Origin: Macrostomum lignano
Lineage: Eukaryota
DNA length: 39,331 nt
Reading direction: 5' to 3'
Assembly: GCA_002269645.1 (NCBI GenBank)
Contig: NIVC01003627.1
Location: 36,091-75,421, forward strand
A program made the position numbers and the translations under genes. This document shows positions 31,270 to 39,331 of this stretch, piece after piece. The notes beneath the pieces were generated by a model. It made no database searches. It had not been told where the DNA came from and saw only the letters and a list, made by a program, of their open reading frames with translations. The number at the start of each line of letters is the position of its first letter. Position 1 is the stretch's first letter.

Positions 31270-31670
31270 TATAAGATTTACTGCTAGATTTTCTGAGATC
31301 TACCGTCCGTGAGATTTTTCTGAGATCTAGCGTGAGATTTTCTTATATCTACCGTGAGATTTTGTGAGATCTGCTGTGAGATTTTGTGAGATCTGCTGTG
31401 AGATTTTCTAAGATCTAGTGTGAGATTGTCTAAGATCTATTGTGAGCTTTTCTTGGATCCAGTGTGAGATTTTTCGAGATGCTGTGAGATTTTCTGAGAT
31501 CTACTGTGAGATTTTCTTGGATCCAGTGTGAGATTTTTTAAAATGCTGTGAGATTTTCTGAGAAATGCCGTCTGTAAGATTTTCTAAGATCCAATGTGAG
31601 ATCGTCTGAGATGTAGCGTGAGATTTTCTGAGATCTACTGTGAGATTTTTCTCTGTGAGATTTTTCTTGT
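31270..31670. repeat. Degenerate ~21-22-bp minisatellite in UBE2S intron 1
   Basis: Unit about GTGAGATTTT(C/G)TGAGATCT.CT. Confidence 0.85.
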
Positions 31671-31848
31671 GCGGTGAAGTCTTAGAAAGTTGTCGCACAA
31701 CGAATCTAACGAATTATCTTAGTAACGATGAACAGTGTGCAATAAAAAATATAACCCCTGTGTCTACTCATAGCAAGTACTATAAATCTGCAATCTCAAA
31801 CATTAGAATTTAGAATTTCAACCATTTTTCTCTGCCTGTTTCGCGCAG

Positions 31849-31982
31849 GAGGCTGGCCGGCTTCTGCTAGAAGACTACGCTGAGTACTTTTCCAGGGCGC
31901 GCCTGTTCACAGAGGTTCATGCCTTGCAGAATCCCGCTGTTGCCGCTGGGTTCGAGCCGATGGAGGCCGGCGACAATGCCGT
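31849..31982 (+). CDS. UBE2S: UBE2S exon 2
   Basis: Acceptor CGCGCAG|GAG; encodes EAGRLLLEDYAEYFSRARLFTEVHA...; donor GT|GTAATT, phase 2. Confidence 0.88.
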
Positions 31983-32084
31983 GTAATTGAACGTTCTTGT
32001 TTCGTCTTTTTCTGATTCCTATTATCCTGGATCTATCGGGGATGAGTGATAATTGATCCCATTCTTATTTATTTAAGATCAGAA

Positions 32085-32425
32085 TTCAGAATCCCCATTT
32101 CCATATGGGATCAGAATCCCCTATTCTATATGGGTTCAGAATTCCCATTTCTATATGGGATCAGAATCCCCATTTTTATATGGGATCAGAATCCCCTATT
32201 CTATATGGGTTCAGAATTCCCATTTCTATATGGGATCAGAATCCCCATTTTTATATGGGATCAGAATCCCCATTTTTATATGGGATCAGAATCCCCATTT
32301 CTATATGGTATCAGAATCCCCATTTTTATATGGGATCAGAATCCCCTATTCTATATGGGTTCAGAATTCCCATTTCTATATGGGATCAGAATCCTCATTT
32401 CTATTTTGTATCAGAATCCTCATTT
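32085..32425. repeat. 25-bp minisatellite (75-bp higher order) in UBE2S intron 2
   Basis: Unit ATATGGGATCAGAATCCCCATTTTT. Confidence 0.92.
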
Positions 32426-32455
32426 GATTTCTTAATTCACTCGAAAATCCTGCAG

Positions 32456-32600
32456 ACTTCGTGACGCCAACGACAATGCCATTGCCTCAGTTGCCGCCTC
32501 TTCCACAGCAGCCGGCACATCCGGCTTGGCCAAGCGACCCCTGGCTCAGCCTGCAGGACCTGCGGCTAAAAAGTCTAAAAAAGCTTTGAAACGTCTTTGA
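32456..32600 (+). CDS. UBE2S: UBE2S exon 3 (terminal)
   Basis: Acceptor CTGCAG|A, phase-compatible with exon 2; ends AKRPL...AAKKSKKALKRL*, the basic C-terminal tail characteristic of UBE2S. Confidence 0.88.
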
Positions 32601-33413
32601 AAGACAGGCATTTTGTTGCCTGTCTGTCCGTCAGTCAACGTATCTGCCGTATCCTAAATTGTGTTTGCAAACCTGTTTGAAAAATGGAAAACATTAAACA
32701 AAAATGATGAGCAAAATCCTTATTTGTCAATCTGCTAATTCATGTTTCATGTGATTTGATGCTGTTGCTTTATTTCTTGACTTCTTGTTAAGTTCTGTAG
32801 CTTAAGAATGCTTTCGCTAAAAAATTCTCGTCCTTTACCTGCTACTTCTACAAGTATTATTTGTGCAGATATTGATTGCGCAATAAGTCTGAGTTTTTTG
32901 AGTTGGGGTTGGAGAGAAAAATCGCTTGTTGGTTTTCTTGCCTTTACTCTCATTCTGTTCTGCGACAATGAATTGCAGTAACACAGCCTATGCTCTACTA
33001 TTAATAAAATAGCTATTGAATGCAAACATTGCGTTCATTCTGACAGAACTGCATTAAAAAGGCATTAAAAATATTTTTCAATTTTATTTTCCGCTACTTT
33101 AAGTAGCCAATATTCAGTAAGAAAAAAGAAAAAAATGCCGATATGTTGAGTAAATAACATTGTAGAGGAGTCATTTTTAGTACAGAGGAAATAGCTTAAC
33201 TACTAAACTACTACCTATTAAGTAGTAAGTACGAGTAAATACAATAGTTTACGTTATAGAACTAATTAGATGACGAGGTAATTGCGTTATAAAATGCTGT
33301 AATATTTACTCCGGCTTTTTACCTATGTTAATAATTATTTTAACCGTTTGCGTATATACTACTAGAGAATCCATAGTAGTTGAAAAGCACATTGTTATCC
33401 GATTTCAGCGGCC

Positions 33414-33788
33414 ATGTCTACGTCGCCAGCCAATCCCGACGAAGATCCGCTCCTGCAGCAGTTGAACCGCCTGCTGGACATTCAGCAGAGCGCAGGCCTG
33501 CTAGCTCAGCTGGCCAACGCTAAAACCGACGCTGAGAAGGAGCGAATCCTCTTTGCCAGGGTGCTCCGGCCGCAGCTGGCCTTGCCGCCTTCCTTTACTT
33601 CGCCCCACATGCCGCCATTGAGTCCCGAGGAGCGTCGGGTTCGCGTAGTGATGGATAGTTGCGCTTTCAAAGCCTGTCTGTCCTGTGTAGCCGGCGGTGC
33701 TCTGGGCGCCTTCTTTGGCCTGTTCACGGCCAGCATTGATCCCATGTCCACTGTGGTGCCCGGCGCCGAGACTCCCAGCACTAGACAG
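33414..33788 (+). CDS. TIMM22: Mitochondrial inner membrane translocase Tim22, exon 1 of 2 (~208 aa total)
   Basis: MDSCAFKACLSCVAGGALGAFFGLFTASIDP; donor CAG|GTGCGT, phase 0. Confidence 0.9.
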
Positions 33789-33824
33789 GTGCGTTGCCTG
33801 ATAACTGCTGTATTTTTTATTCCT

Positions 33825-34380
33825 AATGATCCTTTATGACCCTTCATAATTCTTTATGACCCTTTATGATCATTTTTAACCCTTTATAGTCCTATATGGC
33901 CCTTTATGATCATATTATGTCCCTTCATGATCATTTATGACCCTTTAGGATCCTGTATGACCCTTTTTGATCCTTTATTACCCTTTTTTGATCCTTTTAT
34001 GACCCGTTATGACCTTTCATGATCTTTTATGAAGCTTAATGATCCTCTATGACCCTACATAATCCTTTATGACCATTATGATCCTTTATGGCTCTTAATG
34101 ATCTTTGATGATCATGAATGATCCCTAGTGACCCTTCATCATGCTTTATGACCCTTTTTGATCCTCTATGACTTTACATGATTCTTTATGGCCCTCCATC
34201 ATCGTTTATGACCTTTTTGATCCGTTATGACTTTATGATCCTTTATGACCCTTTATGATCTGTTATGATCCTTAATTATCGTTATGACCCCTCATGATCC
34301 TTTATGACCCTTCATGACCTTTTATAATCCGTATTGATTCTTTATGACTATTTTTTGATTCTTTATAACCCTTCATTTCA
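33825..34380. repeat. Degenerate ~10-bp (20-bp dimer) minisatellite in the TIM22 intron
   Basis: ATGACCCTTT / ATGATC(C/A)TTT units. Confidence 0.85.
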
Positions 34381-34482
34381 TGATTATCTAATACTGTTCT
34401 TGTTTAATTTAATGATTTTAGATCTTTAATTACACGCACTATCGTACCTATTCACGATCCTAATTTAACAAATAACGCGCAG

Positions 34483-34734
34483 GTACTACGCGAAATGGGC
34501 AGCCGAATGGTGTCCTATGGCAAGAATTTCGCAGTACTAGGCATCATGTTCGCTTCCACGGAATGCGCTCTAGAGGTGGTGCGCGCTAAAAACGATTTGC
34601 TCAATGGCACTGGCGCCGGCGCCATCGTTGGCGGCGTGCTGGGATTTCGCGCCGGTTTGAAAGCCGCAGGCGCAGGGGCCGCCGGTTTTGCCGCCTTCTC
34701 TACGGCGATTGACTGGTATATGAAGCATAGGTAG
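34483..34734 (+). CDS. TIMM22: Tim22 exon 2 (terminal)
   Basis: Acceptor GCGCAG|GTA; [34 protein letters not shown]...GFRAGLKA....[11 protein letters not shown]. Confidence 0.92.
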   Translation, partial: VLREMGSRMVSYGKNFAVLGIMFASTECALEVVRAKNDLLNGTGAGAIVGGVLGFRAGLKAAGAGAAGFAAFSTAIDWYMKHR

Positions 34735-34789
34735 AGCCTGTAGTGTGGCCTGCGCTGTGTTTGATTTGTATTGCTTAGTGTTCGATTGG

Positions 34790-35290
34790 GGAATTCCCCA
34801 GTGATTTTCTTGATTGCCTTGCTGATTCAAATGTTTTGGAATTCCTTTGGTGAAGGTTAGGGAATTCCCTTGGTGATTTTTAATTAGGGAATTCCCTTGG
34901 TGATTTCCTATTAGGGAATTCCCTTGGTGATTTCCCATTAGGGAATTCCCTTGGTGATTTCTGATTAGGGAATTCCGTTGGTGATTTCTCATTAGGGAAT
35001 TCCCTTGGTGACAATTGTAGACAATCTCCCTTGGTGATTTCTCATTAGGGAATTCCCTTGGTGACAATTGTAGACAATCTCCCTTGGTGATTTCTCATTA
35101 GGGAATTCCCTTGGTGACAATTGTAGACAATCTCCCTTGGTGATTTCTCATTAGGGAATTCCCTTGGTGACAATTGTAGACAATCTCCCTTGGTGATTTC
35201 TCATTAGGGAATTCCCTTGGTGACAATTGTAGACAATCTCCCTTGGTGATTTCTCATTAGGGAATTCCCTTGGTGACAATTGTAGACAAA
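34790..35290. repeat. 26/27-bp minisatellite evolving into a 53-bp dimer
   Basis: GGGAATTCCCTTGGTGATTTCTCATTA units; later copies alternate with CAATTGTAGACAATCTCCCTTGGTGA. Confidence 0.92.
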
Positions 35291-35764
35291 TTGTAGTCGT
35301 AATTTCCTGTTGGGGAATTTTCATTCTGGAGGTGCTTTGTTAGGGAATTCTTTTTGTAGCTTCCTGTTTGAGAAATTCCATAGGTTTCCATTAGGGAATC
35401 CCTAAATTTCTCATTATGAGAGAATCATGGATAGAAGTGCACCAGCTTAATGAATGCACTTACACTTAATTCATGTTCAATGTAAATGCTATGAGTAATA
35501 GACATCCGTACTTTTCGCTGCAACTTGTTAATACGTATAAAAAGCGTGCATTTTTTATTTCTAGAATTGTTTGTCGCTATATATCAGTTTTAACAGTACA
35601 ATATACGAATATTTTACGAGCGTTATTGTCATTCTTTAATTACCTGTGCATCGGTTGGATATGCGATAAGTACCGATGCCTCCGTGCATTCATTCATTGG
35701 AAATATCTCTAGTTGAAATCGTTCTAAATATTTTATTTGTTTATTTTTACTTGAAAAAAGATTG

Positions 35765-36655
35765 TAGACAATCTCCCTCCTGACCCCCTAGAGAATCGCC
35801 CTCCTGACCCGCTAGAGAATCGCCCTCCTGACCCCCTTTAGAGAATCGCCCTCCTGACCCCCTTTAGAGAATCGCCCTCCTGACCCGCTAGAGAATCGCC
35901 CTCCTGACCCCCTTTAGAGAATCGCCCTCCTGACCCGCTAGAGAATCGCCCTCCTGACCCCCCTATAGAATCGCCCTTCTGACCCCTTTAGAGAATCGCC
36001 CTCCTGACCCGCTAGAGAATCGCCCTCCTGACCCCCTTTTGAGAATCGCCCTCCCGACCCCCTTTAGAGAATCGCCCTCCTGACCCCCTTTAGAGAATCG
36101 CCCTCCTGACCCCTTTAGAGAATCGCCCTCCTGACCCCTTTAGAGAATCGCCCTCCTAACCCCGTTTAGAGAATCGCCCTCCTGACCCCCCTATAGAATC
36201 GCCCTCCTGACCCCTTTAGAGAATCGCCCTCCTGACCCCTTTAGAGAATCGCCCTCCTGACCCCTTTAGAGAATCGCCCTCCTGACCCGCGAGAGAATCG
36301 CTCTCCTGACCCGCTAGAGAATCGCCCTCCTGACCCCCTTTAGAGAATCGCCCTCCTGACCCCTTAAGAGAATCGCCCTCCTGACCCCCTTTAGAGAATC
36401 GCCCTCCTGACCCGCTAGAGAATCGCCCTCCTGACCCGCTAGAGAATCGCCCTCCTGACCCCCTTTAGAGAATCGCCCTCCTGACCCGCTAGAGAATCGC
36501 CCTCCCGACCCCCTTTAGAGAATCGCCCTCCTGACCTCCTTTAGAGAATCGCTCTCCTGACCCCCTTTAGAGAATCGCCCTCCTGACCCCTTTAGAGAAT
36601 CGCCCTCCTGACCCCCTAGAGAGTCGCCCTCCTGACCCCCTAGAGAATCGCCTCT
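35765..36655. repeat. 24-26-bp minisatellite upstream of CUL4
   Basis: Unit AGAGAATCGCCCTCCTGACCC(GCT/CCTTT), roughly 35 copies. Confidence 0.95.
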
Positions 36656-36738
36656 CTCATAAAAACCCAACCTCTTGTTTGATGCAGCCCACGGTACACA
36701 ACAGCAGCATTCAGTGATCAAACCTGGCCACCACCACA

Positions 36739-37090
36739 ATGTCAAACAGCGGCGGTAGCAGATCAATGTTGCATCAGCAGCAGCAGAAGCCTCCACCAGC
36801 GCTGGTGACTCGAGCAGTTCAGTAGCCAATTCCAGCGCTCCCAGTTCATCCTCAAGGAAATTAGCAATAAAAAATCTGTCGTTAGTTGGCTCGTCTACTA
36901 TTGATTATTCGAGCGAGTGGAGCAAGCTCAAGGAGGCTGTGGATGCTGTGTATCAGAGCACCAGTGTGCAGTACACTCTGGAAGATTTACTCAAAGCTGT
37001 TGAAACTGTTTGCAATCATTACTTAGCCGATACTCTTTATAAAGATTTGCAAATGGTTTTTGATCAGTTTGTCCAATCTAATTTGCATAA
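36739..37090 (+). CDS. CUL4: Cullin-4 exon 1 (missing from the ORF track; -1 frameshift between 36759 and 36823)
   Basis: Hand translation gives RKLAIKN...EWSKLKEAVDAVYQSTSVQYTLEDLLKAVETVC...TLYKDLQ, the cullin-4 N-terminus; donor AA|GTGAGT. ATG 36739 has a good Kozak context but is one base out of frame. Confidence 0.8.
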
Positions 37091-37154
37091 GTGAGTGCTT
37101 TTTTGCAGATTAATTGTCTCAGGTGGGTAAGGGGTTCGAATCCGAAGGAATTTT

Positions 37155-37320
37155 ATGAGATTCTCATGTGTGAGAATATTCTGACATATTCTCAGGTGTG
37201 AGAGAATATTCTAAGACAGATTCTCAGGTGTGAGAATATTCTGGGAGATTCTCAGGTATGAGAATATTCTAATAGATTCTCAGGTGTGAGAATATTTTGA
37301 GAAAGATTCTCAGCTGTGAT
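37155..37320. repeat. ~28-32-bp minisatellite in CUL4 intron 1
   Basis: GATTCTCAGGTGTGAGAATATTCT units. Confidence 0.85.
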
Positions 37321-37371
37321 ATTGTATATTCTGACTAAATATGATGCCGTTATTCCTCGGCCTCTCCCCAG

Positions 37372-37743
37372 ATTCCTAACGGACAGTCCGGACACAGTGA
37401 GCTACCTGCGCACTCTGGCCAGTTTCTGGGACAACTACTGTTGCCAGATCCTCATGATTCGCTGCATATTTTTATTCCTTGATCGGCAGCACGTACTGTT
37501 CAATCCTGAGATGCGCTCCCTGTGGGATCTGGGCTTGAACACATTCAGCAGAAGAATACTGGACAATCGCGAGGTTCAACGCCGCTGCATTGGCGGCCTG
37601 TTGGAGCTTATCGAGCTGGAACGAGGCGGCGATGCTGTCGATCGGCAGTTGCTGCGCACCCTGCTTCGAATGCTATTCGATCTGGGCCAGTATCGCACCG
37701 TGTTCGAGCCCGAGTTCCTGGCTGCCACCGAGCGGCTGTACAG
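37372..37743 (+). CDS. CUL4: Cullin-4 exon 2
   Basis: Acceptor CCCCAG|A; QILMIRCIFLFLDR...LWDLGL...GLLELIELERGGDAVDRQLLRTLLRML.DL..Y...FE.EFL..T..LY; donor AG|GTGAGA. Confidence 0.92.
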
Positions 37744-37757
37744 GTGAGACTCTTCTG

Positions 37758-38625
37758 TGCCCCAGTCCCTGAAGCTGGGAGTTCCAGTCCCTGAAGCTGG
37801 GAACCCCAGTCCCTGAAGCTGGAAATCCCAGTCCGTGAAGCTGGAACCCCAGTCCCTGAAGTTGGGAATCCTAGTCCCGGAAGCTGGGGAATCACAGTCC
37901 CTGAAGCTGGGGGAATCCCAGTCCCTGAAGCTGGGGGAATCCCAGTCCCTGAAGTTGGGGGAATCCCAGTCCCTGAAGCTGGGAACCCCAGTCCCTGAAG
38001 TTGGGAATCCCAGTCCCGGAAGCTGGGGGAATCCCAGTCCCTGAAGCTGAGGGAATCCCAGTCCCTGAAGCTGGGGAATCCCAGTCTCTGAAGTTGGGGG
38101 AATCCCAGTCCCTGAAGCTGGGAACCCCAGTCCCTGAAGTTGGGAATCCCAGTCCCGGAAGCTGGGGGAATCCCAGTCCCTGAAGCTGAGGAATCCCAGT
38201 CCCTGAAGCTGGGGAATCCCAGTCTCTGAAGCTGGGGGAACCCGAGTCCCTGAAGCTGGGAATTCCAATCCCTGAGGCTGGAATCCCAGTCAATGAAGGT
38301 GGGGGAATCCCGGTCCTTAAAGCTTGGAATCCCAGTCCATGAAGGTTGGGAATTCCAGTCCCTGAAGGTTGGGGAATCCCAGTTCCTGAAGCTGAGAATC
38401 CCAGTCCCTGAAGGTGGGGGAATCCCAGTCCATGAAGGTGGGGGAATCCCAGTCCATGAAGGTGGGGGAATCCCAGTCCATAAAAATAGGAATCCCAGTC
38501 CCTGAAACTGGGAATCCCAGTCCCTGAAACTGGGAATCCCAGTCACTGAAACTGAGAATCCCATTCCCTGAAGTTGAGAATTCCATTCCCTGAAGCTGAG
38601 AATCCCCAACATAGGATCTAAGAAA
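37758..38625. repeat. 23-25-bp minisatellite in CUL4 intron 2
   Basis: Unit GGGAATCCCAGTCCCTGAAG(C/T)TG(G)n. Confidence 0.95.
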
Positions 38626-38676
38626 CTGCAACCTGAGAGTTACAAATTTGGCCGAATCCCCCTCTGACGTACGCAG

Positions 38677-38930
38677 AATCGAAGGCCAGCAGCGCCTTGC
38701 GGCCCTGAGGTGGCGGACTACCTGAGCCACGTTGAGACTCGGCTAGCAGAAGAGAACGACCGGCTGAGCCACTACCTGAACCAGTGCAGCCGGACTCAGT
38801 TATTCGCCGTGCTTCTCCAGCAGCTGCTCACTGCCCACCTGCCAGTTATTATTGAACGGGGCCTTCGACCTCTGATTGTACCGACTGTCCGGCGAGATGA
38901 TCTGAGCCGGTTGTACGGACTTTTGGCCAG
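38677..38930 (+). CDS. CUL4: Cullin-4 exon 3 (-1 frameshift at G38707); gene continues beyond the window
   Basis: Acceptor ACGCAG|A; IEGQQRLAAL + EVADYLSHVETRLAEENDRL..YL if G38707 is doubled; donor AG|GTATGT. Confidence 0.88.
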
Positions 38931-38974
38931 GTATGTACATTAAGATTCTGTTGATGTGTGTCCTTTGTACCACA

Positions 38975-39285
38975 GATTTGATCCGTTAGTGTCCGAGATT
39001 TCAGGTCCGTCAGTGTCCGAGATTTAGATCCGTTTGTGTCCGAGATCTTAGATCCTTTTGTATCCAAGATCTTAGATCCGTTTGTGTCCGAGATCTTAGA
39101 TCCTTTTGTGTCCAAGATCTTATATCCGTTTTTGTCCGAGGTTTTAGATCCGTTAGTGTCCGAGATTTCAGATCAGTTAGTGTGGAGATTTCAGGTCGTT
39201 AGTGTCCGAGATTTTAGAGCCGTTTATGTCCTAGATTTTAGAATCGTTTGTATCCGAGATTTAGATCCGTTTGTGTCCGAGACTT
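38975..39285. repeat. 23-24-bp minisatellite in CUL4 intron 3
   Basis: AGATCCGTTTGTGTCCGAGAT(C)TT units. Confidence 0.88.
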
Positions 39286-39331
39286 GTTTATTCATTAGTG
39301 TCAGAGGTTTCACGTTCCATAGTGTCGATAT

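Noticed and set aside
32046-38730. Repetitive ORFs at 32046-32464, 34570-35067, 36515-36829 and 37576-38730
   Set aside because: All lie in minisatellite arrays within introns or spacers.
31270-39285. Helical-turn (10.5-bp multiple) periodicity of the minisatellites
   Set aside because: Measured units (about 10, 22, 24, 25, 27, 28-32 bp) do not consistently fit multiples of 10.5.

Overview
Eukaryotic (animal) genomic DNA; I inferred everything by eye and ran no database searches. The minisatellite-filled introns and possible trans-splice acceptors suggest a flatworm such as Macrostomum, but that is inference. (1) 1-~3.9 kb: part of an endogenous Polinton/adintovirus-like element with major and minor capsid genes, a divergent conserved accessory gene and a small ORF, followed by 80-bp and 33-bp tandem arrays. 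(2) 5-18 kb: non-coding mosaic of MITEs, a probable tRNA-derived SINE, LTR-like and Helitron-like relics and microsatellites. (3) 18260-26910: a full-length, very young Ty3/Gypsy LTR retrotransposon on the minus strand (LTRs identical except one homopolymer base, 4-bp TSD, tRNA-Leu PBS, PPT, gag, GGGAAAC -1 frameshift, pro, pol), nested in a MITE. It carries an extra 291-aa non-env ORF with its own TATA/GC-box promoter and splice acceptor, and its LTRs contain a relic second LTR end plus PBS. (4) 30.8-39.3 kb: three same-strand housekeeping genes (UBE2S, TIM22, 5' part of CUL4), possibly an operon, with every intron filled by a different minisatellite. Four -1 frameshifts in unrelated genes and the LTR difference are all repaired by restoring one base of a doubled/homopolymer run, which points to assembly indel errors.
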